64,000 nt of DNA, taken from the NCBI GenBank assembly GCA_964016885.1, contig OZ024743.1, positions 314,712,001 through 314,776,000 on the forward strand, in the 5' to 3' direction. Shown here in pieces: positions 1 to 12,965 of the stretch. Numbering within the stretch: the stretch's first letter is position 1; each line of letters starts with the position of its first letter. Source of the stretch: Eledone cirrhosa (lineage: Eukaryota). Both the position numbers and the translations under genes were made by a program. The notes below the pieces were generated by a model. The model saw only the letters and a program-made list of their open reading frames with translations, was not told where the DNA came from and did no database searches.

Positions 1-90
1 TGATCTCGGCAGGATTTAAACACAAACATTAAATAACCATTTCTGAATACCCCAAGTTATTGTTTCCAACGTCCTAATGATTCTGCCAAC
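1..90 (-). mobile_element. tRNA-headed SINE family A, 5' part, degenerate and cut by the window edge
   Basis: The reverse complement reads gttggcagaatcattagg...tttaaatcctgccgagatca, matching the head of the SINE A copies at 9468 and 12015. Confidence 0.6.
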
Positions 91-1580
91 AGCAGCAGCA
101 ACAGCAGCAGAAATAATAGTAAAAATTGGTATAACAGCAATTTACCTGCGGAGGTGGGTGACGTGTGAGGGCCACTTGAAAGTATAACGTTTATAACAAT
201 ACAGGAAATTGCGTTCATTTATAAATATTGGCAAACGAGAAAGTTTTCCGTTTCATCAAACGTATCTACATACGTCCCTTTAAACTGCCTCTCATAAATA
301 TATTTTCACTGAGGATTCTTTTGATTATTTTAATAGGATGGTTATTAACGAGGATGCGGTGGATGATCTTTGCAACAGTTGTAAAATCTTTCAGTTGCAC
401 CTCAGTTGCAAAAATTTAGACAGCCGAGGAATCTGAAAACGAGGCTTGACAAAAATATAGTAAATTTAGAAGTTAATGATTTGAAAATGAACATTCGATT
501 TATTCTTATTAGATTGTTTTACATTTTTTTGGCAAGGGAGAGAAATCATGCTGGGAGATTTATTTTCCCGTTAATGATTTTACGAGACATTAAATTTCCT
601 TTAATATATTATTTACTCATATTCTGTTACATTTTAGCTATAATATTCATTCTATCTTTATCTCTGATATTCTCAAACAATTTGTTAATTCAGCCTTCTT
701 GCATTTTATTAGACATTAGTTCGAAATCTATCACTTTATTGTCTATAATCATCGATATAAGTAGAATAAACACGAGAAGGATATAAAGAACATTGGATAC
801 TGAATGCGGTGATGGAAAAAATATTCAGAAACATAATGTAAATGATAAAACGAAATCATTCAAATTATTGCCTACGAGGACAGATACATATCGAACGACA
901 ACACCATTAGATATGAGAAAATGTTCGATTTATCCATTTGCAAATTCATGGTTAGATTTTACCATATTTTAATTACAAGCAGATATGCAGATTAAGTATG
1001 TTATTACATATATTTTGTAAAAGCCTAGTTCTGAAACTATGTCATTCCGTGGTAAGAAGCGATTCATGGTGATATCAATCAAAACATCTATCTCAAAATC
1101 TACACAATATACATTCTAAATGTGTTTGATCTGTAAACATTTATTTCGAATCTGCAAAGTTATTTGTATGTATATCTTAAAATGATGAACTTATCCCCGT
1201 AACAGTTGCATAACGTTTTGCTTATATCCTATGTCTGTAAATATATATATTTTTTCTTTTAAACATTCTCACATATCTTTGTAAGTTCCTTGCATAATGT
1301 TTCATAATTTATATACGTGAATGGTCTGTATTAATTTAAATCAGTAGCTACATTGAAATGAAAACAGATTGAGTACGATGACGCGTTTACAGAAGACATT
1401 ACGGAAATAATTTAGACTATGTAAATGCTTCTTTTGCTTTCAAACCCCGCCGAAGGGATTTTTTTTATAATTCTGGGAACGTATTCTTGACATTGTTACA
1501 CAACTTTTATCGATATAATACTTCACACGTGCTAATTTAAAATAATAATGAATTTGAAAACGATAATAATAAAAATAATA

Positions 1581-1797
1581 ACGGTTCCCAATTTAGGCAA
1601 AAGCCCAACAATTTTAGGGAAGGGAAACGTCAATAAAAATACACCCCAGTTTATTACTGACGCTTTATTTTATCGGCCCCGTAAGGTTGAAAGGCAAAAC
1701 TAACCCCGGCGGCATCTAAACTCAGAACGTGAAGGGCCATAACTCTAGGTCACGAAGCTTATTATTCGATGCTCTACCGATACTACGAATCCGCCAT
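1581..1797 (-). mobile_element. SINE family A, long form
   Basis: Antisense to ggcggattcgtagtatcggtagag...ttctgagtttagatgccgccggggttagttttgcctttcaaccttacggggccgataaaataaag..., the same layout as the other copies. Confidence 0.85.
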
Positions 1798-1809
1798 AAT
1801 AATAATGGT

Positions 1810-2410
1810 TTCTGCAGAATATCTGGAGGAGAAAATTAATCACATTATCTCTGGCTGTCAAGGCTTAGCCAAAAGTTGGGATTTAGTTACAATGCAGGTT
1901 ATGCCAACATAATGAAATACCACCCGAAAGACACACACCAGAAAAGCTGTCAGAGAATGTCAAAGCAACTACATTCTGGGATAAGCCAATACTCACAAAC
2001 CGGGCGATTAAAGTCAACTAACCCGATATTACAATTAAAAAATTCTTCTAATTAGTGTATTAATCCCCACAGACGATGATATATCTATCAAGAATATGGA
2101 AAAGCGTTTCAAATATAAATATCTAGAGATAGAAATAACTGAAATGTGGATGGTGAAAAGAGAAACAATAACTACGATAATATTAGCGCTGGGAATGATT
2201 GAAAAAGACCCAACAACAACAAAATAAATCGTGGATATATAGAGCATACACAAATAGTACTACTAGGTTCTGCACATCTATTACGAAGAATACTCTTAAC
2301 ACAACAGAAATGACACTATAAACAATTACAGTGTACACACCCAAGGCGTAATATATTCACGATACACAATAAGAAATAAGACTAATAAAAATAATAATAA
2401 TAATAATAAT
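1810..2410 (+). mobile_element. R4/Dong-clade non-LTR retrotransposon 3' fragment (CCHC knuckle plus restriction-like endonuclease), degenerate
   Basis: Manual translation gives CRI..EKINHIISGCQGLAK, HTPEKLSENVKATTFWDKPILTNRAIKVN*PDITIK, ILLISVLIPTDDDISIKNMEKRFKYKYLEIEITEMW and VLLGSAHLLRRIL. It is flanked on both sides by (AAT)n, the typical Dong target. Confidence 0.85.
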
Positions 2411-2535
2411 GATTTCATTTATTAGCCACAAGGGCCGAAATGTAAGGGACAATACAAAGACAGGGACAGTGGGGGTTTACAATAAGGTCGAGTAAAAGTG
2501 CACAATGGCAAGACTAATGAAGATATAACAATATA

Positions 2536-2645
2536 AAATCCCGCCGAGGTTAACTTTGCCTTTCATCCTTACAGAGTCGATAAAATAAAGTACCAGTAAT
2601 ACACTGAGGAATGCTGGCCTTGTGCCAAATGTAGAAAAAATTATT
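2536..2645 (+). mobile_element. SINE family A, 5'-truncated short form
   Basis: aaatcccgccgaggttaactttgcctttcatcctt...gataaaataaagtaccagtaat...gctggccttgtgccaaatgtagaaaaaattatt. Confidence 0.85.
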
Positions 2646-3290
2646 GTGTGGCTAACATCTTCACAACCATCTTTATTTTACTTTGGATTCATATGCCACA
2701 GCCTCGATTTTGAGACATATTTATCTCTAACCACAGATACAACAATGCTTCCTGCGCGAAATATGGGGAGGGGGAGACAGAAATATGGGGAGAGAGAGAG
2801 GGAAGAGAGGGGGAGTGAAGGGGAAAGAGACGAAGTAGAGAAGGAAAGAGGAGGAAATAGATGAGAAGAGAGGGAGACGGGGGGGGGATACAAGAGAAGA
2901 GAGTAAGGGGAGATTTAACAACAGCAACAACGAAACCGCCTGCTACGTATCAGACACAGGCCAACATACTAAATTATTTGTAACTTACCAGCAGTTGAAC
3001 GATATGCCTTATCAACATCGTTTCCTATTTAAAATAATATATCCCTCTTTGTACGTTTCTGCTCCTACTCATTATTATTCCTAACATCAACATCGATAGC
3101 TACTGTAATATATCCCCCTACCTTCATATCAATCGCTTGTTTCTCATGTAAATCAATCCTTTAATCCTTTGAATTACTTGTGTTGAGATTAAATACAAAA
3201 GTGTCAGTATGTCATTTGACTAGAATACATTATCGTAGTCAACAGATTTACAAGATAAAGTGTGCATATATATATATGTGTGTGTGTGAT

Positions 3291-3364
<74 letters not shown>

Positions 3365-4797
3365 GAGAGAGAATGAGAAAGAGAGACGTGTGTGTGTTTC
3401 GTGGTTAAGTTATAGGGTTTTAAATGACCACCCACATGTACTCAGGAAATATATCGATACTTATAGTAGTGACAAATGTATTATACGGAAGGTGTTAACT
3501 AGGACTTCACATTTTGCCTCTGACAGGTTATTCAATTATACAAACAGTTTGTTAAACATAGTTTTGGATTCCTATCTAACATTTAATTCAACGTTTAATT
3601 TTCAAAATTTTATTTTAAACTAGGTAGTATCATTAATTCATTTGGACGTAGATTTGTCGTAATAACATGAATGTCGCGGGTTCTCATTCACATACGGGAC
3701 ACATAATATTTTAGTTCAAAGTACTCATATGGGTGTACATTTTCGGTTAAGATTTGGGAATGAATTGTCTGTCCCCGAATACACGTATTTCAATTGATAT
3801 GATAAGGAATTTTTGTATTAAGAAATGTTGTTGTGAAACTTTTAAGATTCGATACCAAAGTGTTAACTATATTCACAATTTCTATCTGCCTACGAACATA
3901 CACGTATACATATATTTGGCTATCAAGCGTGATTCAATAGACAATTCTATTTTGTCTGGATCAGACCTGCGACTGGGAGAAATATCGACCTATACTTGAA
4001 CATTTCTCAATAAGCTGCTGCACGTTATTTTCTTCGTGGCCATAGACAATATACCTTGCCGCTGACAGGGGACGAACTCATGTTCTCAGAAGTTGCTTTC
4101 CTTAATACATCATTTCTTCTTTCCAGCTACACCAACATCACTCTCACACCAACTCTTTCCTTTTCAACTATCTATCTGTTCTGTATCCATTCTTACATAT
4201 TTCTCTCTTCTAATTATTCAAGCAATTTAAAAGTAATTTCATATAAATCTACTTGAGAATTTTGTTTTTCTTTTCAACGTTGGATTCTAAGTGACATTTT
4301 TACTTGGTCAACTCATTTATTACCGAATAATTATTGGCTATTGAGATGTATGTTAGTAGCGATTGGTCTTTAATAAATAGAAGTTAATTTATTGGTTGTC
4401 TTGTTTAAAGAGACGATATATAGAGATAGTGACCTTATTGATAACGGTAGTTGAAGCTTCGCCTGTGACTTTTGATGCGAAGAAAAGAAGACAAGGCACA
4501 CAGAGCGAACAATATCATGTTGAAATGATTCGATACATAAATACACACACACACAAACACATATATTTGTATATATGCACAACGTGAATCGAGGCATATA
4601 TTCATACACACACACACAGACACACACATATATATATATATATACGTACATGTGTGTCTATAGATATAGATAGATAATTAGATAAGCAGCAGAGAGAGGG
4701 ATTGTGAATGAATAGATAAATTGATAGGATAGTTGTAAAGCTGTTAGAAGATTGTGGGATATGAATTTATGGCAGAAAAAAAAAGTATATATAATTA

Positions 4798-5369
4798 TTT
4801 CGTTTCTGAATTTGTTTAGCAAGATTCTTTATCTGAAATCGTGTGTTGAAACCGATATTGTTATACTTTGGGAGGGTCATGTTGCCAATAAGAAACACAC
4901 GCACCAGTTGCTTTCACTTCAACTTAATTTATTATATATTTATAAATTTACAAATTTATAAATTTCTGGTTGGTTGGTTGGTTGGTTCCACAACCAGATA
5001 GTTGTTTATATATATATAGTCATAGTTCTTTCGTCACACACTCTGTGACCTCTTCAGTGACTGGGGATTTCTTTCTTCGTTTCTGTGCCTTTCCTTTCTT
5101 CTATCCTACGCCATTTTGCGTAGGATAGAAGAAAGGAAAGCACAGAAACGAAGAAAGAAATCCCCAGTCACTGAAGAGGTCACAGAGTGTGTGACGAAAG
5201 AACTATGACTATATATATATAAACAACTATCTGGTTGTGGAACCAACCAACCAACCAGAAATTTATAAATTTGTAAATTTATAAATATATAATAAATTAA
5301 GTTGAAGTGAAAGCATCTGGTGCGTGTCTTTCTTATTGGCAACATGACCCTCCCAAAGTATAACAATAT
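4798..5369. mobile_element. Fold-back PLE terminal (pLTR) element, Nematis-type family N
   Basis: Inverted arms 4855-5111 and 5118-5369, a 6-nt loop and an extra ~55-bp tail on the left. The sequence matches the terminus of the coding PLE at 23266-23512. Confidence 0.9.
5166..5210 (+). ncRNA. Minimal type I hammerhead ribozyme motif (mirror copy on the minus strand at about 5018-5062)
   Basis: agtca CTGAAGA g gtcac-agagtgt-gtgac GAAA gaac TA tgact, with stem I agtca/tgact and stem II gtcac/gtgac. Confidence 0.75.
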
Positions 5370-5869
5370 ATATAATTAAATAAACCGAAAACAGAGCTGT
5401 TTGTACGATTGGATAGTCAATTAAATTAATAGATGGGATACAGTACAACACAGGAACAGAAAACAATGAGAACAAGAGTGGGGTAGACAGAGATAGAAGT
5501 TAAACAATGGTGAAGGGGTGTAGCGAAAGAGACATGAGGAGAGGGCGATGGAAAGACTCAGGGAGGTGGGAATGGAGAGAGACAGGGTCAATACGAAAGT
5601 GTGTGGACCACAGAGTGCGATTCTTTGGTGGATATGCGATCGCGGACTAAATGAAGTGACACGATGTTCCAGGGACAATACTGTGAAGTTCGACTTGAAT
5701 ATCGAATACAGAAGATAGAGGAATAAGGAACGTCTTAACAATTGCTATTGATTTATATTATGTTTTGAAGCCAAAGAAATATCAACATCGTCATGATAAA
5801 TTGATTAGATTAAGGGAAAATGTTTTGAGCATTTGTGATTCTGTGAAAGTTTCGATAAGGATAATGATG

Positions 5870-6055
5870 ATAATTGTTTCTACATTTGGCACAAGGCCAG
5901 CAATTATCCAGTACGTTACTGGTACTTTATTTTATCGACCCCGTAAGGATGAAAGGCAATGTTGACCTCGGCGGGATTTGAACTCAGAATGGAAAGGGCC
6001 GTAACTCTATGTATCAAAGCAAGGTGTCTGACCCGCTACCGATACTGCCAACCCA
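5870..6055 (-). mobile_element. SINE family A, short form
   Basis: Reverse complement of the consensus seen at 9468-9657 and 12015-12205. Confidence 0.9.
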
Positions 6056-6142
6056 ATGATAATGATAATAATAAAGTAATATATGATATGGAAGTTATCA
6101 AGTACATAATATAATTGATAATCTTTAGAGCTGGTGCAAAAA

Positions 6143-6311
<169 letters not shown>

Positions 6312-6317
6312 TATATA

Positions 6318-6622
6318 TTCTAAGATTCTAAGGCGGGTAAAATTCCCGAGATCCATGGACGCGTTCTCTCCAGCGGTCTCTGTCCCTCATTATCGCTGCC
6401 ATGTCCTGCGTCTCCAACAGACCAGTGTCTGTCCTTAGGGCATCAACATACGTTAACCTTGGTCTTCCTCTTCTAGTGTGTCCATGTAGAGGCTCCCAAA
6501 GGAGCACTGAGTGCAATGTCAACTCTGGATGTCAGTGAGCATATCCAGCTAACCTCAGTCTCCTCTGTGTCACTTTTGAGCTGACTTTTGGGATGCTCCC
6601 ATACAGCTCTGAGGTTTTCATC
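6318..6622 (-). mobile_element. RTE-clade LINE 3' end fragment
   Basis: LYGSIPKVSSKVTQRRLRLAG...VLLWEPLHGHTRRGRPRLTYVDAL...[11 protein letters not shown] is a typical RTE C-terminus, followed by a short ttagaatc repeat tail. Confidence 0.85.
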
Positions 6623-6668
6623 CTCAGTGTTTACTGATTAATGTATATATATATATATATATATATAT

Positions 6669-6899
6669 AGTTAAAAGAATAGAGGTGTAACACACAAGTT
6701 GTTATATATTGGTAAACGGAATAGAAAATGCTGACAAATTGTTCACAGTTGAAAAATGGTTTAATTAGGAATAAAAGAGTATTAGTGATTGTATGGGTTA
6801 GTATTCAGTTGTGGTTTTAAGTTTTTAAGTTTTCACCGGTTGCGCATTTCTAAATGCTTTTCAAAAATAATTTTGAGATAGAGTGTCCGTGTTGTCTGG

Positions 6900-6904
<5 letters not shown>
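6669..6904. mobile_element. (TA)n-embedded element of family B (single arm plus tail)
   Basis: Near-identical to the arm and tail of the palindrome at 59852-60285; (TA)n on both sides. Confidence 0.85.
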
Positions 6905-6960
<56 letters not shown>

Positions 6961-8347
6961 CATACCTTTGAGCAAGTTTGTGTGAGTTTACACATGTATA
7001 CATTGACAGCGAAACATAGCGAGAAATATGAGAATATAGGACTTGTAGAGAAGAAAAGCAAAATCCCGAGTGAGTGATTTAAAGAGAGGGAGAGAATGAG
7101 CTGAGTAAGAGAGAACATACATATAATAACACATTTAGTAAAATGTAGCCAGAAAGATGAAGCCCTCCTTGGTAAATAAACAATACATGCACGGGTATCC
7201 TCTCTTTTTGTCTTTATGCCATCTCTCCCTTCGCCCTTTATATAGAAAGTTGTTCAGTAAAACTTTATATAGTTGATTTATAACTCTTTCCATTAATTAT
7301 GTATTATTGCGTACACTATCCGTATTTGTATTGGAGCAGGTATTTCTCATACAATCACTTGTCCATTATATTCAGTAGAAAGGATTTCGATATAGTGAAA
7401 GAAATAATCTGATAAAATTAATGATTGTCTGCGTTAACTAATAATATTTATAAACAGCAACCAATTTTCCAACAGAAGTGTTTTGCTACAATTCTTTTTT
7501 TCATCCTATTCTGCCTGATATAAAAATGTATTCCACTGTTTGATCTATTTGGATTACAGCATATTTTGTACTTAATCGGCGAATGTCACGATGATAAAAG
7601 TTGATAAATAGTGAAAAAGGTAACACAGTTCTCATTCGTATAATTTTAATTTTCTTTTCTTTCCTAGCTGATATTCGGTGAAGGAAGATTAACATTGTTA
7701 ATTCAGTTTACCTATTTAACTGGCATTCTAAGAAACAATGTATAAAAAAAACAAAAAAACATTTATATGGAGACATGTGTTCAGGTTAATAGACATGATA
7801 TAAGGAGAATATGTCGAGATAGTATCTGAATTTCAATCCCCGCTTGAAATCAATACACAACATATACACAACAAATGAAATTGACTAATCGTTAAATGTT
7901 CTGAAGTGTCAGGTTCATCACTTATATTTACAATACGTTCTTTCACTTAACTTATATCGAAAGCAGATAAATATGTGCTATAATGATCTCTAGTGTATAG
8001 ATGAGCAGACATTGGGTAAGCAGAAAGAGAAAGAGAGGGGGTAAATGCCTGAGCGAGTTGTCAATTAGATTTAAATCCATGTTTGTCAAGTAGAGAGTGT
8101 TAGTGCCATTGGATATAAAACATACATTTGACTCAAAATACAAGGATCTCTACACAGAATGGAAAGGAATATAACTCTGCCGAATCCTCCACCAACCAAT
8201 AATTTTGAGTGTCTTATGATAAAGATATAACACAGCAGGAAATCTTCGAATAGCTATATTGGAACACTGAAGGAATGTTCAGACCAGCAGCTCCATGCGT
8301 CAGGGCACAGCTTACACACCATCGTCCACTGGTTTGTGGACTGAAGA

Positions 8348-8494
8348 ATTAAGTGAAAACAAAGAGTACAAAAAAGCAAAAACTGGGCGTTCCGGGCCAC
8401 TGGCCCTTCTTCAGTTAATGGTAAAATCTAAAGAAGGCACGTAGCCTGAAATTCCTTGTTTTATTTCTATTGTGGTCTTTGTTCTCTCTTAGTT
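8348..8494. mobile_element. Old, diverged fold-back element with degenerate HHR motifs
   Basis: Arms 8348-8414 and 8428-8494 are imperfect inverted copies. The minus strand reads CTGAAGA agggcc-agt-ggccc GGAA cgccc and the plus strand reads CTAAAGA aggcacgtagcct GAAA. Confidence 0.55.
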
Positions 8495-9467
8495 GCTAGT
8501 CTGGATGTAAGACTGGTGAAACACCCCCACGGGCCTGGCAAATTCACATGAAAGAAATAACAGAACCATTCTTGGAAAACCTAGAAGATAAGATTTATGC
8601 AGAACATTAATCTTGGAGTAATTGATGGAGAATCATTACATCACACGCACGTTTTATCTGAATTTATGAATACTTGAGGCGTTTGTTTAATTATACTCAG
8701 GATTTAAGCAGGATTTTATTGAAATATTTACAAACATATATGATAGAAAGAGGCAGTGACGTTAAATTGTGAAAAAGGTGCTTATTCTTTAAAATGTTCA
8801 TGTTAATAATTGACTGAATTATTTCATATACAGATACGAAGCAAGTACGTCTCTCGAATATGTTATAGTGTGTACCTCTGTTCGTGCGTGCGTGTTTGTG
8901 TGTGAATGTGTGTGCGCCGTCTATGAACATGTAAAGTGTAGTGTTGTTTGTTAAGGAATATTCAAGTTTGGGACTACGGTGCAATTGCATCGCTATCCAT
9001 CTGTTTCAGATCTGTCATTGAGATACTATTTCAGTGGCCCCTATTAACACCATATCGTAACACTTTTCTGGTTTGTTTAAGAAGCCTGCAGGTGAATCTG
9101 GACTATGGTCTTTAAAATTGCCAGCAACAACCGGTTTTAATATACATTCTAGTTTATCTACGTTAAGTTTTCGGCGAGGAATTTAACTTCGGTGTTAAGA
9201 TTGTTGAAAGTAGAGGAGTCTGCCCTTTTTGTATGTGTTAGTTAATTGTTATGTAAAAGTTGACTATAAGTAGTATAAGTAGTGATATCCATCTATCTTC
9301 TATCGATATATAAAATAACCACTGTGTGTTGTCAGTCATGCATTGGAGATGAGTGATGAAGGAAGGGGTAATGATAAACTACAGAAAACAGCGTCTAACA
9401 TTTGCTACATCTATTTGTGTATATTTGTAGTGAATTGGCAACATAAAATGGCTATTATCATTTTTTT

Positions 9468-9657
9468 AGTGGATTGGTAGAATTGGTAGAGGGGCGGACA
9501 TCATGCTTCGACGCATAGAGTTACTGCCTTTTCCCGTCTGAGTTCAAATCCCGCCGAGGTCAACTTTGCCTTTCATCCTTACGGGGTCGATAAAATAAAG
9601 TACCAGTAATGTACTGGGAAATTGCTGGCCTTGTGCCAAAAAGTAGAAACAATTATT
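9468..9657 (+). mobile_element. SINE family A, short form
   Basis: Box A-like ggattggtagaattgg, box B-like gagttcaaatccc, conserved body and an attatt tail. Confidence 0.9.
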
Positions 9658-9699
9658 TTTTTAAGTGTTTGTCTGAGAGTATATGTGTTTGTGTGAATT

Positions 9700-10060
9700 G
9701 GGCTGAGGAGGGTAAGCACTCCAAATATTGGTCACTCTCCGAGAGGTTTGCAGTCGAATCCGCAACAGTGGAGAATTCTGGGGTCCTTGGTCCTAAGACC
9801 ACCTCCCTACTCGCCACGATCGGCACAGAGTTGGCTACCCGCAGATGTGTACCTGGCGAGTTGGATTGGCTCTTCAAGCACGTCTCCTTCACCATCCTCC
9901 GCGGAAACGCTTTCTCTATTCTGTCCACCGGGGCCGCGTGGGAGCCAGCGTGTGGTCCCACATTTCCTCATAATAGTGAGAGACGAGAAGAGCGGGGAGA
10001 CGGAGACAGTGTCAGTGGGAGTTTGGTTCCTTTGTATTCGAGGATACATTGACTGTAAAA
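9700..10060 (+). mobile_element. CRE-like non-LTR retrotransposon restriction-like endonuclease C-terminal fragment
   Basis: AEEGKHSKYWSLSERF...VENSGVLGPKTTSLLATIGTELATRRCVPGELDWLFKHVSFTILRGNAFSIL matches the AE..K..KY, ET.G.WG and QR+S+.+.RGNA motifs of CRE-type endonucleases. Confidence 0.75.
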
Positions 10061-11294
10061 TGTTTTTCTTGTGTGTTATTGTTTGTTTTGCTCATCAAAT
10101 ATCTTCCAAAATTAGGAGTACTTGGCAATCTTCATTTAAATTCTCTATAGAGCTTTTGTAGCTAGTTAACCCATTGCTTGCATCTATTGTTTACCATGTC
10201 AACATATAGGATTTCTTTACGCTCAACACAGATGTTTATCATATTTGTGCGAGCCTATCTGTAGGTGTGTGTTTATTTAGAAACCTACATAGACAATAGA
10301 ATTACAAACACACACAAATCTACACATACATATAAACAGACATACTAGAAAACGTTATTATATACACAGTCATCTTTGTGATGACATAGGAAAGGGTGAT
10401 GAGAAACTATAGAATTCAAGCGTTCGAAGATTCATCGCAACTGTGTGTGTACATGTATTTGTAGCAAAATAGATACAGGCATTGGATTTTATCATTGTGC
10501 GAGTGTTTATGTCTTTGTATCACTTGTTAGAGTGATTGTGTAATTGTGTGATTGTATGAATTATGTGAGTAAACGTGTGTGTGTTTATATTTACATATAC
10601 TCATACGTATAAATGTATACATATGAGCTCACATACACACACATACACCCATACAAGTATAACCACCCTTAGTATACTGGACATCTATAGTTTGTTTTCA
10701 CTCCCTTCCTTCCTCATTACTGACATACATGTTATTTTTGGTTTTATTTTCTAATATTTTAAAGATTATTTTTTTATTTAATCTGACAGAATGAATAATC
10801 TTATAAATTTTGCATTAAATATAAGTTTCGATTGGTATAACGATCCTATCAAATATTAGATATTAAATATTTAAAAAATACTTTTTCATATATTCTCTAT
10901 ATTCTCTATCGAAATGTCTTCTTCATGAAGGTGTGGTGGTGGAGTTCAATAATTCAATATACAGTGTCTATTTTACATATCTCTAAACTTGTTTAGCTGA
11001 TGTTCGATTTATTGTAACTGGAACATTTCTGTATGAGTGAATGGCTATAAAATAATTAGAAAAACACTACAAATATTTTAAAATGATGTAGCTGGTTAAC
11101 CACATACAAAATAGACGTCGTTATTTTCACTCGACAACCAATTTCTACACTCTCCTTATATATATATTTTTATTAAGCCTTCTCATTTGGAATATTTCAC
11201 ATTTCATGAAACTGATCACATCCTTTTCAATATAGCGTTTATATAGGCACAGTATCTATTGATTCTACCACTTGTAATTCACTGAATCCCATAC

Positions 11295-11353
<59 letters not shown>

Positions 11354-11637
11354 CTGTGCGTATAAATATATATAATGTTCGGATTCGTATTTGTCGTTGT
11401 GGCGGTTATATACTATGACTAGATACACTTTGTCGATATATTCATGGCTTCACACTTATTTAAAATGTTATGTTAATTCAGGGCGAGATAATTATTAATT
11501 TCTTAACATCGTGTGCATTTTAATTGTCCCATACAATTCGATGATTTGTATCTGATCTATCGCAGTTGCAATGTCGATTTATACCTAAATATATATCATA
11601 TGAATATATATATATATTATGTATATATATATATATA

Positions 11638-11638
<1 letters not shown>

Positions 11639-11722
<84 letters not shown>
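11639..11722. repeat. (TG)n microsatellite
   Basis: Direct reading. Confidence 0.98.
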
Positions 11723-11727
<5 letters not shown>

Positions 11728-12014
11728 ATTTTGTCTGTGTTGGGAGGCATACAGCTTGAGAGTGTCCTTTAAATTATATATAAATTCTTAGATGTTTTAA
11801 CAACTTTGCATTGTGTTGCCTCAATGAATGTCATTTAAGCTAAATCCATTCAAGATGCAAACTCCTGTTTCTGTAATTTTTTATATACTAATCGTAGGGC
11901 CTCTTATATATTGCCTATCAGTTAATTTCCATTGATAGATTACATGTTTGTCCACACCTTCCATATCCCGTTTTCCCCAGTTGACAAACTATTCATGAAC
12001 ATTATTTTGACAAA

Positions 12015-12205
12015 GGCGGTGGATTGGCAGTATCGGTAGAGGGTCGGACGCCATGCTTTGAAGCATAGAGTTACCTCCCTGTATGATATGAGTTCAAATC
12101 CCTCCGAGGTTAACTTTGCCTGTCATTCTTACGGGGTCGATAAAATAAAGTACTGGTAATGCACTGGATAATTGCTGGCCTTGTGCCTAAAGTAGAAACA
12201 ATTAT
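12015..12205 (+). mobile_element. SINE family A, short form
   Basis: ggcggtggattggcagtatcggtagag...gagttcaaatccctccgaggttaactttgcc...gtagaaacaattat. Confidence 0.92.
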
Positions 12206-12569
12206 GTTGACTAGATGAAATTATTACTTAGCATTTCAACGTTACACTTGATATACTATTCAATCCAGACACACATATATATATACATGTATAGGTATAA
12301 ATACATACACAACTATATATGTAGACACACATATATATACACACATAGATACTTATATATCCATATATGTGCACACATATGTACATATATAGTCATATAT
12401 ATATATATATATATATAAACGGAAAAAAAATGAAACGAAATTTCATTTCTCACTCTTAGTACGGCTGTTACTTAAATATAAGTATGTATACGTACATACA
12501 TATATGTATACAGACGTACAGTAGTATGTATATATATATACATACATGCACATATATATATTTATATGT

Positions 12570-12825
12570 ACGTATGGATTCACCGATTTATTATAATGCT
12601 CAGTGGGTTTGTAAACAAACATCCCAAATTAAGGCGTACAGTGTCTAGCAACCATCGTTGCTCGTTTGTTCAACACTGACAAAGGAACGTTGTACTAGTT
12701 TCAAGCTTATTAGCTATCGTCAGCAACGTATACCTTCCTGCCAGATGGTTGAACGTCTGAAAGTATATATATTTGTTTACAAACACACCGAGCATTATAA
12801 TAAATGTTCGGTGAACCCATACATA
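12570..12825. mobile_element. Inverted-arm element with a degenerate HHR-like spacer
   Basis: Inverted arms of about 45 bp (tggattcaccg...tttgtaaacaaa and tttgtttacaaa...cggtgaaccca). The spacer reads aaca CTGACAA aggaacgtt...aacgtct GAAA gtatat. Confidence 0.5.
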
Positions 12826-12909
12826 CATATATATATGTGTGTGCATGTATGTATATATATATACATACTACTGTATGTCTGTATACATATATGTGGGTAC
12901 GTATACATA

Positions 12910-12965
<56 letters not shown>

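Noticed and set aside
228-786. ORFs 228-419 and 406-786 as a host gene
   Set aside because: No recognisable domain, AT-driven composition and no supportable splice structure. A small exon cannot be excluded without RNA data.
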